Source: an uncultured Gammaproteobacteria bacterium
Lineage (GTDB): Bacteria; Patescibacteriota; Microgenomatia; CAZETR01; Amesbacteraceae
Assembly (NCBI GenBank): GCA_964543035.1
Contig: CAZIVL010000001.1
Span: forward strand, 367,736-431,735
Direction: 5' to 3'
DNA: 64,000 bases
A program made the position numbers and the translations under genes. The notes beneath the pieces were generated by a model. The model was not told the origin of the DNA, made no database searches, and was given only the letters and a program-made list of their open reading frames with translations. Below, one piece after another: positions 18,815 to 30,378 of this stretch; the first letter of the stretch is position 1, and the number at the start of each line of letters is the position of its first letter.

Positions 18815-21382
18815 ATGGATCCAAATAAGCTAACTCACAAGTCCCAAGAGACCCTAGTCGCTGCCACCGAACTGGCAAAAAAGCGGTCTCACCCAGAAGT
18901 CACGTCCGCCCACCTACTCTTGGCCCTTTTGGCAGACTTTGACGGCGTCGTAGTCCAGCTTTTGCAAAAGATGGACGTGTCAATTTCTGATCTTGCCCAA
19001 AAAGTAGAAACATTTTTAGAAAAAGTTCCATCAGTTACGGGTCAAAGCGAAACCCAGATCGGATCAGATCTTCAAAAGGTGCTAAAGGCATCCTTTGAAG
19101 AAGCAAAATACTTAAAGGATGTGTATATTTCTCGGGAACACCTCTTTTTGGCACTCACAAGTGTCGAGTGTCAAGTTTCTCCTATCCTCAATTCTCTACC
19201 GATAAATAGGGCCAAAATGATAAAAGAACTAGCGTCTTTACGTGGTTCACAAAAGTCTGATTCGCCTGAAGCAGAAAGCACATACAACGTGCTAGAAAAG
19301 TACACAACCAACCTTACCAGTCAGGCGCGGGCTGGCAAGTTGGACCCCGTCATCGGCAGAAATGATGAAATCCGTCGAGTTATGCAAATTCTATCACGAA
19401 GGACCAAGAACAACCCAGTGTTGATAGGTGACCCCGGCGTTGGCAAGACCGCGATAGTCGAGGGTCTGGCCCAAAGGATCGCGGGAGGTGACGTCCCCGA
19501 GAGTTTGAAGGGGAGGGAGGTCCTATCTTTGGACTTGGCAGCCCTCCTGGCGGGTTCCAAATTTCGGGGTGAGTTTGAGGACCGCCTCAAGGCACTCCTC
19601 AAGTCTCTAGAAGAGGCGTCTGGACGCTATCTGTTGTTCATGGATGAGCTCCATACCCTAGTTGGAGCCGGGTCAGCAGAGGGGGCTACAGATGCGGCAA
19701 ACATCCTCAAGCCGGCTCTCGCCCGGGGAAGTTTACACGCCATTGGTGCCACTACTCTCAAAGAGTATCGCCAGTATATAGAAAAAGATGCAGCCCTCGA
19801 GCGCAGGTTCCAACCAGTCTTAGTAGGTGAGCCGACGCCCGAAGATACGGTTGCCATACTCCGGGGTCTCAAAGAGCGTTATGAGCTGCACCATGGGGTA
19901 AGGATCACCGACGATGCCGTCGTCTCAGCCGTAAATCTGTCTATTCGCTACATTCCAGATCGATTTTTGCCAGACAAAGCTATTGATCTGATCGACGAAG
20001 CTACCAGCTCCCTTCGTATGGATATAGACTCCAGACCTGCCGAACTAGACAATATGAGTAGAAAAGTAACTCAGATAGAAATCGAGCTAGCTGCCATGAA
20101 AAAGGAAAGTGAAAAGTCTGTGGAAAGTAGGAAAACTCAATTACAAAAAGAATTAGCGGATCTCAAGGAGTCTCTTTCCCAGTCAGAGCTGAAGTGGAGG
20201 ACCCAAAAAGAGCAGCTCAAATCCATCCAAGTCCTCAAAGAGCAGGCAGACGCAGCTCGTATCGAGCTAGAACGAGCAGAAAGAAACGTTGATCTAGAAA
20301 AAGCCGCCGAGCTCAAATACGGCAAGTTGCCTGAGCTGGAAAAACAGTTAAATGAGGCTCAAAAAAAGTGGGAAAAAGTTCCTCCCGAGGAAAAGATCTT
20401 AAGACTCGAGGTAACTCAAGAAGATATAGCCGAAGTGGTCGCCCGCTGGACAAATATTCCGGTTTCCAGGCTTATCTCGTCAGAAAAAAGTAAGCTCACT
20501 CACCTTGAGGACGAATTGCACAAAAGACTGGTCGGCCAGACAGAAGCCGTAACCCAGGTAGCCAATGCCATCCGCAGGAGTAGAGCTGGAGTGTCTGAAG
20601 AAGGCCGGCCCATTGCCAGCTTTATCTTTCTGGGCCCCACAGGTGTTGGTAAAACCGAGCTAGCCAGATCTCTGGCCGAGGTCCTGTTCAATGACGAAAA
20701 TGCCATGATCAGAATTGACCTATCCGAGTACCAAGAGAGTCATACGACAGCCCGTCTCATAGGTGCCCCTCCTGGGTACGTAGGTTACGACGAAGGTGGT
20801 CAGCTAACCGAGGCAGTTCGTAGAAGGCCATACTCGATTGTTCTTTTTGACGAGCTCGAAAAAGCCCATCCCAGTGTATTCAATCTATTTTTGCAGATCT
20901 TAGACGATGGCCGCCTGACCGATGGCCGTGGTAGAGTGGTCAATTTCAAAAACACGGTCATTATTATGACCTCAAATTTAGGATCAGATCTTATCCAAAA
21001 AGAAACAGATCAAAAGCAGCTCAACACCAAGCTAAATGAATTGTTGCGAAAGACCTTTAAGCCCGAGTTTTTAAATAGAGTCGACCAGACGATAGTCTTT
21101 GATCCCCTAGATCAAAAACAACTCGAAAGTATTGTCGACATCCAGCTTGAGCGAGTAGGCCGCAGGCTCAAAAAACAAAATCTACGTCTCGAAGTGACAT
21201 CTGATGCCAAGAAATTATTGGCCAAGATTGGTTTTGATCCCACTTTTGGTGCCAGACCCCTAAAAAGAGCTATCCAAGATCACGTTCTCGATGAACTAGC
21301 CCTCCAGATTATTGAGGGAAAGATTGAAGACGGCTCCACCGTCCACGTAGATGTCGCAAAAGATAAGATAGTGATAAAGTAA
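18815..21382 (+). CDS. clpB: ATP-dependent chaperone ClpB
   Basis: Two AAA+ modules ([16 protein letters not shown]) with coiled-coil middle domain. Confidence 0.97.
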   Translation: MDPNKLTHKSQETLVAATELAKKRSHPEVTSAHLLLALLADFDGVVVQLLQKMDVSISDLAQKVETFLEKVPSVTGQSETQIGSDLQKVLKASFEEAKYLKDVYISREHLFLALTSVECQVSPILNSLPINRAKMIKELASLRGSQKSDSPEAESTYNVLEKYTTNLTSQARAGKLDPVIGRNDEIRRVMQILSRRTKNNPVLIGDPGVGKTAIVEGLAQRIAGGDVPESLKGREVLSLDLAALLAGSKFRGEFEDRLKALLKSLEEASGRYLLFMDELHTLVGAGSAEGATDAANILKPALARGSLHAIGATTLKEYRQYIEKDAALERRFQPVLVGEPTPEDTVAILRGLKERYELHHGVRITDDAVVSAVNLSIRYIPDRFLPDKAIDLIDEATSSLRMDIDSRPAELDNMSRKVTQIEIELAAMKKESEKSVESRKTQLQKELADLKESLSQSELKWRTQKEQLKSIQVLKEQADAARIELERAERNVDLEKAAELKYGKLPELEKQLNEAQKKWEKVPPEEKILRLEVTQEDIAEVVARWTNIPVSRLISSEKSKLTHLEDELHKRLVGQTEAVTQVANAIRRSRAGVSEEGRPIASFIFLGPTGVGKTELARSLAEVLFNDENAMIRIDLSEYQESHTTARLIGAPPGYVGYDEGGQLTEAVRRRPYSIVLFDELEKAHPSVFNLFLQILDDGRLTDGRGRVVNFKNTVIIMTSNLGSDLIQKETDQKQLNTKLNELLRKTFKPEFLNRVDQTIVFDPLDQKQLESIVDIQLERVGRRLKKQNLRLEVTSDAKKLLAKIGFDPTFGARPLKRAIQDHVLDELALQIIEGKIEDGSTVHVDVAKDKIVIK

Positions 21383-21581
21383 ATATATACGCCAAACCCA
21401 GAAGTCAGTACAATCGATGACCTGCTTAGTATAAGGGTAAAAAACTTCCCAGATCATCAGTTGCCAAAAACCACCACGACCATAACAGTAGTCCGAGTCT
21501 CAGAAGACGGCGAAAAAAAATTGAAAGTGACTCCACAGGGCGAAGTATTTTTAGAAACTCCGTGATAAACTTGAAGCTAAT

Positions 21582-21866
21582 ATGGACGTCGCGCATGTCG
21601 CAAAATTAGCAAATTTACCTCTTAAGCCCGGAGAAGAAGAAAAATTCTCCACCCAATTTGACGAAACCCTAAAGACCGTAAACCTCATCAACGAACTAGA
21701 TACTCAAAACACACCTCCTACTTCACAGGTCACAGGTCAAAAAAACAAAACCAGGCCAGACGTCATAGACAAGAGTCGTGTTCTCCCTGTTGTTACCGCT
21801 CTTTCAGGAGCAAAAAAAACCCGCCAAAATTATTTCGTCGTCCCCAATGTCTTCAATGCTCAATAA
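21582..21866 (+). CDS. gatC: Asp/Glu-tRNA amidotransferase subunit C
   Basis: VAHVAKLANL...RPD...YFVVP; precedes gatA. Confidence 0.9.
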   Translation: MDVAHVAKLANLPLKPGEEEKFSTQFDETLKTVNLINELDTQNTPPTSQVTGQKNKTRPDVIDKSRVLPVVTALSGAKKTRQNYFVVPNVFNAQ

Positions 21867-23220
21867 ACACTCGTTGACTGAAGCCTTAGATGGCCTGAGG
21901 TCCAAAAAATTTAGTTCCAAAGAACTCGTTCAATCGTGTTTGGATGAGATAAAAAAATCCGATCCCCAAGTCCACGCCTTCCTACACATTAACGAAAACG
22001 CCATTGAGGAAGCGGAAAAATCCGACTTACAACCAACAACTAACAACTTATTACTCAATGGAATCCCAATCGCCGTAAAAGACAATTTTTTAACAGTCGG
22101 TATCCCTACCACAGCCAGTAGCAAGGTATTGGATGGTTACATGCCACATTACGAGTCCACAGTTACCCAAAGACTCAAAAATGCTGGAGCAATTATTTTG
22201 GGCAAGACAAACATGGACGCGTGGGCTCACGGCAGCTCGACCGAGACCTCAGATTACGGACCGACAAAAAATCCTCGAAACTTGGGACATTTGCCTGGTG
22301 GTTCTTCCGGAGGATCCGCAGCAGCTGTTGCCGCTGACATGTGCATAGCAAGCATTGGTTCTGAAACTGCAGGTAGTATTCGTCAGCCAGCGGCCTGGTG
22401 TGGAGTCGTAGGTTTCAAACCCACCTACGGCCGTGTTAGTCGCTACGGTGTCGTGGCTATGGCCAGTTCCACCGATTCTCCGGGACCGCTGACCAAAACA
22501 GTTGCCGATGCCGCTCTCCTTACCAGGATTATTGCCGGTTCTGATCCATACGATGCCACTACCTCAAATGTAGAAATACCAGATTACACACAACTCACAT
22601 CAGATAAGAAGCTGAGAATTGGTCTCCCCAAAGAATACCTAGAAGTAATGGAACCAAAAGCCCAAGAATTGGTGCTTGCAGCAGCAAAAAAAATGGAAAA
22701 ACTGGGCCACGAGGTCGTTGAAATGTCTCTTATCCATCCAAAGTATTCCATTGGTGTTTACACCATAGTCCAAAGAGGTGAGGTAAGTAGTAATCTTGCC
22801 CGCTACGATGGTATTCGATATGGTCAAGATCGCAGTGTCTTCGGTGACGAAGCCAAGCGAAGGATTATGCTGGGAACATTTGCCCTCTCGTCAGGTTATC
22901 ACGACCAGTACTACACCAAAGCTCAAAAAGTTCGCACTCTTATCATTAATGATTTCAAAAAAGCTTTTGAAAAGTTTGATCTACTGATAGATCCTGCTTC
23001 TCCAGGTCCAGCTCTGGCTCTGGGAGCCACGGCAGAAGACCCCATGTTTGGAGAAAATCAGGATATATTGGTCGAGCCATCCAGTATCGCCGGTCTTCCC
23101 GGCATCAGCGTACCATGTGGAAATGTAGGAGATTTACCGATCAGTTTTGGATTTATTGGCCCTCAGTTCAGTGAGAGTCTAATATTACAAGCCGCTCATC
23201 AGTATGAATCATCCCTTTAA
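21856..23220 (+). CDS. gatA: Asp/Glu-tRNA amidotransferase subunit A
   Basis: Amidase signature PGGSSGGSAAAVA, GSIRQPA, SNLARYDG. Confidence 0.95.
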   Translation: MLNKHSLTEALDGLRSKKFSSKELVQSCLDEIKKSDPQVHAFLHINENAIEEAEKSDLQPTTNNLLLNGIPIAVKDNFLTVGIPTTASSKVLDGYMPHYESTVTQRLKNAGAIILGKTNMDAWAHGSSTETSDYGPTKNPRNLGHLPGGSSGGSAAAVAADMCIASIGSETAGSIRQPAAWCGVVGFKPTYGRVSRYGVVAMASSTDSPGPLTKTVADAALLTRIIAGSDPYDATTSNVEIPDYTQLTSDKKLRIGLPKEYLEVMEPKAQELVLAAAKKMEKLGHEVVEMSLIHPKYSIGVYTIVQRGEVSSNLARYDGIRYGQDRSVFGDEAKRRIMLGTFALSSGYHDQYYTKAQKVRTLIINDFKKAFEKFDLLIDPASPGPALALGATAEDPMFGENQDILVEPSSIAGLPGISVPCGNVGDLPISFGFIGPQFSESLILQAAHQYESSL

Positions 23221-24445
23221 AAAACTACTCGCCCACAAAAATTTCAAGCTTCTTTGGAGCTCGCAGCTTCTGTCTCAGCTGACTATCAATCTGGTCAACT
23301 TTTCTATCTTGAGCGCCATCTTTGAGCAGACCAGCTCGTCTATCGCCGTCTCTCTTCTTTGGGTCGCTTACTCTCTTCCAGCCCTATTTTTTGCTCCATT
23401 TTCTGGCAGCATCGTGGACGCTTTTAGTAGACGCAAGATGATGATCGTCACCAACTTTCTTCAGGCCGTCACCGTCTCTTTATATCTATTTGTCCCCGAA
23501 GGCAAGGTCTTTATTCTTTACGCCCTCGTCTTTATGTACTCCGCGTTAGACCAGCTTTATCTTCCCAGCCAGCAGGCGAGTCTGCCCAAGATTGTGGGCA
23601 AAGAGCTGTTGCCATCTGCCAATGGTTTATTCCTCATGACCCAGCAGGCCTCGTTTTTGGTCGGGTTTGGCTTAGGCGGCATCTTGCTGTCCATATTTAG
23701 CCGCGACGTCACGACTATTATTTCCACTGTTATGCTTCTTATAGCGACTCTGGCTGTATATATTCTTCCCAACGACTCGAAAAAATCTGATCCCGATGAA
23801 GAAAAAAATCTGGGCCGTTTTTGGGACGACTTCAAAGAAGGCTTTTCTTTTGTCAGAGGCCACCCGGTCGTGATGTTTCCCCTTCTTCTTATTGTCTTTA
23901 CCCAAGTGTTTATTACTATTATTGCCACCAATCTGCCCTCGTATACCAAAAATATTTTAGGCATGTCCATAAATCACGCCAGTATCACCCTCGTAGTTCC
24001 CGGAGCAGCCGGTGCCTTTTTGCTCACTTATTATCTCCACAAGATTCTCAAAAAAACCAGAAAAAAGGTCGTGATCCAAAACAGTCTATTACTAGGTGGC
24101 TTGTGCTTACTTGCTATGGCCGGTCTTCGTTATACCGAGCATCTGCGTCTCTTGTTTTCAATTACCGTCGCCATCGGCCTAGGAGTTTCGATCGCTGGTG
24201 TCATGGTTCCCGCCCAGACACTTCTGCAAGAGCACACCCCGACTTGGTTTAGAGGCAGGGTCTACAGTTCTCTCTCGTTTTTACTCATTGCTGCGACTTC
24301 AGTGCCTCTTATTGTCTCGGCTGCTATCACCGACGCCATTGGCATCTCCGGACTTTTTGTGACCCTGTCTGTATTATTGCTATCTATGTGTTATTTCATT
24401 TACAAAAGGAGTGATCATGTCTTGGCGCACGGTATTAGGATTTGA
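23204..24445 (+). CDS. MFS transporter
   Basis: About 12 TM; GSIVDAFSRRK motif A; PTWFRGRV. Confidence 0.9.
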   Translation: MNHPFKKLLAHKNFKLLWSSQLLSQLTINLVNFSILSAIFEQTSSSIAVSLLWVAYSLPALFFAPFSGSIVDAFSRRKMMIVTNFLQAVTVSLYLFVPEGKVFILYALVFMYSALDQLYLPSQQASLPKIVGKELLPSANGLFLMTQQASFLVGFGLGGILLSIFSRDVTTIISTVMLLIATLAVYILPNDSKKSDPDEEKNLGRFWDDFKEGFSFVRGHPVVMFPLLLIVFTQVFITIIATNLPSYTKNILGMSINHASITLVVPGAAGAFLLTYYLHKILKKTRKKVVIQNSLLLGGLCLLAMAGLRYTEHLRLLFSITVAIGLGVSIAGVMVPAQTLLQEHTPTWFRGRVYSSLSFLLIAATSVPLIVSAAITDAIGISGLFVTLSVLLLSMCYFIYKRSDHVLAHGIRI

Positions 24446-25649
24446 AGTCCATGTAGAGCTGGGTACCCAGTCCAAGATGTTTTGTGGTTGTCCAGCAGAG
24501 CATTTTGGCAGGCCGGCCAATACTCAGACTTGCCCAGTCTGTCTGGGACTGCCAGGCGCTCTCCCTGTTCCCAATGCCAGGGCTATCGAATGGTGTATCA
24601 AGCTCGGGCTCGCTCTCAACTGTCAGATCAACCTGTTTTCCAAATTTGATCGCAAAAATTATTTTTATCCCGATCTCCCCAAAGGCTATCAGATCAGCCA
24701 ATACGATCTACCATTTTGCTTTGATGGGTATCTAGATCTGCCGTCAGGAAAAAAGATTCGCATCAGAAGAGTTCACATGGAGGAAGATACCGGCAAGTTG
24801 TCCCATTCAGGCAGCGAGACTTTGGTGGACTTCAACAGATCTGGTGTTCCATTAGTTGAGATCGTCACCGAGCCCGATTTTGAAGATCCCGACACCGGCA
24901 CCGAGTTTCTCAAAGAAGTCCAGCAGATCATTCGCGCTCTCAAGATCTCGACTGCAGATATGGAAAAAGGCTCCATGCGCCTCGAAGCAAATATATCTGT
25001 TAGAAAAGAGGGTGGCCCGCTGCCTGATTACCGAGTCGAGGTAAAAAATGTGAATTCGTTTAGATTTATAAAAAAAGCCATCGAGTTTGAGACATCACGT
25101 CAAATCCAAATTCTAGAATCAGGTGCTAATCCGTCTCAAGAGACAAGAGGGTTCTCAGAAGCAAAAGGGGAGACGGTGTTGCAACGAAGCAAAGAAGACG
25201 CTCAGGATTACAGATATTTCCCCGAGCCAGATATTCCCCCGCTCGAATTTACCTCAGATCAGATCGAGACATGGCGAAGAGAGCTTCCTGCGCTTCCCGC
25301 ACAGCTTAGATCCGAGCTGTCCCAAAAATATAGCTTGCCTACCAACTATGTAAATCTCATCGTGGCCGATGAGACCATGTTGTCAGAATTTCTAAAAAAT
25401 CCGTCACTGGCTACAGCCAATGCTTTGGTCAACAAGCGCCCAGTCACTCAAACAATCTCAGTCACAGACGACCAAATATTAGAAGTCGCCAAAAAAGTGG
25501 TAGAAGCCAACCCCAAAGCCGTGGCAGATATCAAATCTGGCAAGACCCAAGTCATGGGCTTTCTCGTAGGCCAGGTCAAAAAAGACCTGGGCAATGTCGA
25601 CACAACAGCAGTCATAGGAGTATTATCAGATCAGATTAAAAATGACTAA
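24417..25649 (+). CDS. gatB: Asp/Glu-tRNA amidotransferase subunit B (shortened helical domain)
   Basis: GFEVHVEL, CPVCLGLPG, RKNYFYPDLPKGYQISQ, YRYFPEPD. Confidence 0.95.
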   Translation: MSWRTVLGFEVHVELGTQSKMFCGCPAEHFGRPANTQTCPVCLGLPGALPVPNARAIEWCIKLGLALNCQINLFSKFDRKNYFYPDLPKGYQISQYDLPFCFDGYLDLPSGKKIRIRRVHMEEDTGKLSHSGSETLVDFNRSGVPLVEIVTEPDFEDPDTGTEFLKEVQQIIRALKISTADMEKGSMRLEANISVRKEGGPLPDYRVEVKNVNSFRFIKKAIEFETSRQIQILESGANPSQETRGFSEAKGETVLQRSKEDAQDYRYFPEPDIPPLEFTSDQIETWRRELPALPAQLRSELSQKYSLPTNYVNLIVADETMLSEFLKNPSLATANALVNKRPVTQTISVTDDQILEVAKKVVEANPKAVADIKSGKTQVMGFLVGQVKKDLGNVDTTAVIGVLSDQIKND

Positions 25650-25860
25650 TCCCACTCAACGCGTAACTGATGCCTATGCCGAAGTAGCAAAAGCGAAAGA
25701 GAGCGAGGGAAGTCTGTTATTGATACCTGCACTACCCACCAAAGAACAGTCAGCCGCCATTCTGGAAGCCATCGAAGCTGGTGCGAAACCAACGGAACTA
25801 ATTTACGCAATTCTCTGGGGAGTTGAATCCGTAGAGAATGGGTTGCCAAAGGACTTCTGA
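25642..25860 (+). CDS. Hypothetical protein
   Basis: 72 aa ORF filling the gatB-dnaE gap. Confidence 0.55.
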   Translation: MTNPTQRVTDAYAEVAKAKESEGSLLLIPALPTKEQSAAILEAIEAGAKPTELIYAILWGVESVENGLPKDF

Positions 25861-25912
25861 TACCCTATCATTCTCTTTGAAACAGTCGTTGATCGACTGA
25901 AACAATAATTAT

Positions 25913-28900
25913 ATGTCTGCCAACTTTGTCCATCTTCACGTCCATTCCGAATACTCCCTTTTGGACGGCCTCTCCAAGATCAAAAAGCTCGTAAAAAAAG
26001 CCAAAGAACAAGAGATGAATTCACTGGCTCTCACCGACCACGGGGTCATGTACGGAACAATAGAATTTTACAAAGAGTGTACCAAAGAAGGGATCAAGCC
26101 TCTTATTGGTATGGAGGGCTACATAGTCAATCGTGATCTGCACGACAAATCTGGTAAAGGGGAAAACAATCATTTGCTGCTTCTGGCAAAAAATCACGAA
26201 GGTTACAAAAATCTCATGAAGCTGTCATCTATTGCCCAAGTAGAGGGCTTTTATTATCGTCCCCGTTTTGACAAAGAGACTCTAAAAAAGTATTCATCAG
26301 GTCTTATTGCCACCTCCACTTGTCCCAAAGGCGAAGTAGGCCAGCTTCTAATAGATGGCAACTATGAAGAAGCAAAAAAAGCCGTCGAGTGGTATGCCGA
26401 TCTGTTTGGTCCCGAAAATTATTATCTTGAGATCCAAAGGCATTTTTACCAAGATTATTTTGACTCAGTCAAAAACCAGCCCAAGATCTTGTCCAAGCTG
26501 CAAGACATGGTCAAGACCGAAAAAGTTTGGATAGATGGCATTGTGAAGCTCAGTCGTGAGCTGGGTCTGCCGCTCGTCGCCACCAATGATGCTCATTACA
26601 TAAACCAAACCGACGCCACCGCCCAAGACGCATTAGTCTGCATCTCAACTGGAAAAAATGTCTCCGACGTCGAGCGCATTCGCTACATCGACACCCCCAC
26701 TTTTTTTCTAAGAAGTGGCGAGGACATGCAAAATATTTTTCCAGATTATCCAGACGCCATTTCCAACACCCAAAAAGTAGCCGACTTATGTGATGTCCAG
26801 ATTGAACTCGGCAAGTGGCATTTTCCCAAGCTCGAGCTTCCCGAAGGCAAAGATGCTGCGACTACTCTCAAAGATTTGGTAGCAGAACGGATCGCAGACC
26901 ACTACCCAAAAGTAGATGCAGATTTACAAAAAAGAATCGATTTCGAATTGGACACAATTATCACCAAGGGTTATGCGCCATACTTTTTGCTCATGTCAGA
27001 TTTGGTCAACTGGTGTTCAGATAACGGCATTATAACTAACACCCGAGGTTCGGCAGCAGGCTCCGTAGTCTCATTTATTATTGGTATCACCACGGTGGAT
27101 CCCCTTCGTTATCTCTTACCATTTGAGCGTTTTCTCAATCCGTATCGCCCCAGTCCCCCCGATATCGATCTTGATATTGCAGACGATCGCCGGGAGGAAC
27201 TAATTGCCTATGTCACCCAAAAATTTGGCCGGGAAAAAGTAGCTCAGATTTGTACCTTTGGAAGGATGCTGGCCAGAGCTGCTGTCCGGGATATGACTCG
27301 CGTGCTTGGACATCCGTATGCAGTGGGCGACCGTCTGGCCAAAGTCATCCCTTTGGGAGCTCAAGGCTTCCCAATGACTATCGACAGGGCCCTCTATGAA
27401 TCACCTGAATTCAAAGTTCTTTATGACACCGACCCCACTTCCAAGCAGATCATAGATCTAGCCCGTGAGATAGAAGGCAACGCCAGGCATGCCTCGGTCC
27501 ATGCAGCGGGCACAGTGGTGTCACCCACTGATATGACCGATTTCACCCCCCTTCAACTCGAACCCAATGGAGAGAAGATTATTACTCAATACGAGATGCA
27601 CGCTTGTGAAGAAGTGGGTCTAGTCAAGTTTGACATCCTCGGTATTCGAAATCTCTCTATATTGGGGGCTGCTCGCGACATTATCGAAAAGCACAGAGGC
27701 ATAAAAGTAAATTTGCGAAAAATCCCCCTCGACGACAAAAAGACTTTTGCCATGCTTGCCCGAGGCGAGACCATGGGAGTTTTTCAAATGGGTGGCAGCG
27801 GCATGACCAAATGGATTAAAGAGCTCAGACCTACTCGAGTCGAGGATCTCATGATCATGATCGCTATTTTTAGACCAGGTCCCATGGCCAACATTCCGGA
27901 GTTTATTTCCAGAAAAAATGGCAAAAGCAAAGTCGAGTACATGCATCCTGCCATGGCCAAGTTTTTGGACAAGTCATACGGCATCTTGGTGTACCAAGAC
28001 GACGTGCTTTATACCGCCCTCGAGCTAGCCGGTTACAACTGGGATAGTGTGGACAAGTTCAGAAAAGCCATCGGGAAAAAGATCCCGGAGGAGATGGCCA
28101 AACAGCACGAGATTTTTGTAAAGGGTTGTCAAGAAACGTCCAAAATGACAGCCGAAGAAGCCGAAAAACTCTGGGAACTCTTCGTACCTTTCCAAGGCTA
28201 TGGGTTCAACAAGGCCCATGCTGCCTCATATGGAATTGTTTCTTACCAGACAGCGTATCTGAAAGCCAATTATCCCGTGGAATACATGACCGCTCTATTG
28301 ACGGCGGAATCAGGCAATACTGAAAAAATTGTGGAGGCCATTGATGAGTGCAAGCGCATGAAGATCAAAGTCCTGGCCCCGGATGTAAACAAGTCAGATA
28401 CCGATTTTACGATCGAGGACGGTACTAGTATTCGCTTTGGACTGTCAGCTATCAAAAATGTGGGCGATGTGGCCATCACCCTTATTTTGGATGCCCGCAA
28501 GGCAGGACCATTTACTTCACTTACTGATTTATGTCTACGAGTCGATGCTGGCAAGGTCAATCGCAAAGTCTTGGAGAGCCTTATCAAAGCCGGAGCCCTC
28601 GACTCTTTTGGCAAGAGATCTGCCATGCTAGCAGGCCTTGATAAGATCCGCGATCAAGGCATGTCTCTGAACAAAGCCAAGAGTCTGGGCCAGTTCAGTC
28701 TCTTTGGAGAGGAAGAGGGTCCAAAAGATACAGCAGACAATCTCCCCGATATCGAAGAGATCGAAAAAAAGCAAAAGCTAAATCTCGAAAAAGAATTATT
28801 GGGCTTTTATCTCACAGAGCATCCTCATTCCCAAGCCATAAGTGAAGCCCACGACTCAGGCCTCCCCACTCACCGCATTTCCGAGCTGTATTCGGGAGAT

Positions 28901-29479
28901 TATTCAGGAAAAATAGTCACCGTCGTAGGTGTGGTGGAATCTTGTCGCAATGTCGTGACCAAGGCCAAAGGTGAGGCCATGTGTTTTGCCAAGTTGACCG
29001 ATCTTTCCAAAGCCATTGAAGTGGTGGTCTTCCCCAAGACTTATGCCACGACCAATCTCTGTTGGCAGGTAGACAATCTGGTCATCGTCACCGGCCGGCT
29101 CGAAAATCGCTCTACCATAGAATCCGAGTCAGATGAAGAGGTCGAGCAGACCTATACTCTCATTGCCGATACAGCTGTCCAGTACACCGGCCCCGACACA
29201 GTATTGCCCAAGGCTCCCAACCGGGGGGGTCGGTCAGATATTTCATCCCAAAAACTAACAACTAACAACTTACAACCAACAACTATATCTATCACTATCC
29301 CCAAGGGTACTCCTCAGTCCAAGCTAGTAGCCCTCAACACTCTTCTTCAGTCAAACAAGGGCAGTCGTCCAGCCGAGCTAATTTTTGAAGGAGTCACCCC
29401 AGCCAAGATTTTGCCCCTCCCCTTCGGCCTCACCTGGTCTGAAAAATTAGAAAAAGATATCAAAGAGTTATTTATCTAA
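25913..29479 (+). CDS. dnaE: DNA polymerase III alpha subunit
   Basis: PHP motif HLHVHSEYSLLDG, RGSAAGS, PDIDLD, YGFNKAH, OB fold. Confidence 0.97.
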   Translation: MSANFVHLHVHSEYSLLDGLSKIKKLVKKAKEQEMNSLALTDHGVMYGTIEFYKECTKEGIKPLIGMEGYIVNRDLHDKSGKGENNHLLLLAKNHEGYKNLMKLSSIAQVEGFYYRPRFDKETLKKYSSGLIATSTCPKGEVGQLLIDGNYEEAKKAVEWYADLFGPENYYLEIQRHFYQDYFDSVKNQPKILSKLQDMVKTEKVWIDGIVKLSRELGLPLVATNDAHYINQTDATAQDALVCISTGKNVSDVERIRYIDTPTFFLRSGEDMQNIFPDYPDAISNTQKVADLCDVQIELGKWHFPKLELPEGKDAATTLKDLVAERIADHYPKVDADLQKRIDFELDTIITKGYAPYFLLMSDLVNWCSDNGIITNTRGSAAGSVVSFIIGITTVDPLRYLLPFERFLNPYRPSPPDIDLDIADDRREELIAYVTQKFGREKVAQICTFGRMLARAAVRDMTRVLGHPYAVGDRLAKVIPLGAQGFPMTIDRALYESPEFKVLYDTDPTSKQIIDLAREIEGNARHASVHAAGTVVSPTDMTDFTPLQLEPNGEKIITQYEMHACEEVGLVKFDILGIRNLSILGAARDIIEKHRGIKVNLRKIPLDDKKTFAMLARGETMGVFQMGGSGMTKWIKELRPTRVEDLMIMIAIFRPGPMANIPEFISRKNGKSKVEYMHPAMAKFLDKSYGILVYQDDVLYTALELAGYNWDSVDKFRKAIGKKIPEEMAKQHEIFVKGCQETSKMTAEEAEKLWELFVPFQGYGFNKAHAASYGIVSYQTAYLKANYPVEYMTALLTAESGNTEKIVEAIDECKRMKIKVLAPDVNKSDTDFTIEDGTSIRFGLSAIKNVGDVAITLILDARKAGPFTSLTDLCLRVDAGKVNRKVLESLIKAGALDSFGKRSAMLAGLDKIRDQGMSLNKAKSLGQFSLFGEEEGPKDTADNLPDIEEIEKKQKLNLEKELLGFYLTEHPHSQAISEAHDSGLPTHRISELYSGDYSGKIVTVVGVVESCRNVVTKAKGEAMCFAKLTDLSKAIEVVVFPKTYATTNLCWQVDNLVIVTGRLENRSTIESESDEEVEQTYTLIADTAVQYTGPDTVLPKAPNRGGRSDISSQKLTTNNLQPTTISITIPKGTPQSKLVALNTLLQSNKGSRPAELIFEGVTPAKILPLPFGLTWSEKLEKDIKELFI

Positions 29480-29484
29480 GTCCC

Positions 29485-30378
29485 ATGTCAGAAGACCAAA
29501 TATCTGCCGAAAAACCCAAAGTGCCTCGACGCACCGCTCTCAGATTTGCGGGTTTGGCGGGTGCCGCAGCACTAAGTGCTTGGTGGCTTAAGGAAAACGT
29601 TATCGATCCCGATGATCAGCGTTTTCAGCTGATACCTCAATCGGACAAAATTGCTACCCAATCAGCACTTTCTAAAGTCGAGGATCGAATGGCCGAGATT
29701 AGTCAAGCGTACAAAGACAACTTTCCGGAACTAGCAGCAGAAGTGACAAAAGTTCCGAATGTTTTATTTAGAAATTCATTAGCGATCCAATTAGAATTTG
29801 CCGGAGTTACACCTGATCAAAATCATAGAATATCAGGTGTTTCCGGAACAGCAATTGGCCCCAACTTGATTGTTCTGGCCGATCATACTGTTTTTCCATC
29901 AGATAAAGTCAAATCCGAAAACAACCTCGGTGAATTGGTGGGTTTAGCTAGTTCAACTCCACAGTTGGTTAAAAAACATGCGGTACAGATACCAGCTAAT
30001 TCTTTTTCGATTCATCGACTACCAGAGCATGACCTAGTGATTATCAAATCGCACGCAAATCCATTTGTAGACAGTGAGGCATATCCTGTCGTTAATTCCG
30101 ATTGGAAACCTTACAAAGGTGATATGGTTCATGCTTTGAGTTTTCCAACCGAGGCCCAAGACAAATCTGTCTACGTTCCTCACAATTATCCAATACTTCA
30201 CATCAGAAGGAATATTTTTGTGTTGGATGGAATTGTTAGCGGCGGTTCAAGCGGGGCAGGGGTAGTAAATGACACAGGAGAGTTAGTTGGGGTAATCAAT
30301 GCCATTGGTGGTTCGGGGGCAAGGGCCACTCGGCTAGATCATTCCTTTACTACGCTTCTGGATCGGGCAAGGTCTTAG
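29485..30378 (+). CDS. Trypsin-like serine protease with N-terminal anchor
   Basis: Catalytic triad contexts LADH, HDL, GGSSGAGV; RR plus hydrophobic N-terminus. Confidence 0.75.
   Translation: MSEDQISAEKPKVPRRTALRFAGLAGAAALSAWWLKENVIDPDDQRFQLIPQSDKIATQSALSKVEDRMAEISQAYKDNFPELAAEVTKVPNVLFRNSLAIQLEFAGVTPDQNHRISGVSGTAIGPNLIVLADHTVFPSDKVKSENNLGELVGLASSTPQLVKKHAVQIPANSFSIHRLPEHDLVIIKSHANPFVDSEAYPVVNSDWKPYKGDMVHALSFPTEAQDKSVYVPHNYPILHIRRNIFVLDGIVSGGSSGAGVVNDTGELVGVINAIGGSGARATRLDHSFTTLLDRARS

Noticed and set aside
25882-25899. CAGTCG/CGACTG hairpin upstream of dnaE as a riboswitch or terminator
   Set aside because: Only a 6-bp stem, with no U-tract and no recognisable aptamer.
29485-29590. Tat export signal on the protease
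   Set aside because: RR plus a hydrophobic stretch is present, but there is no clear cleavage site and no tat genes in the window; it may be a simple anchor.
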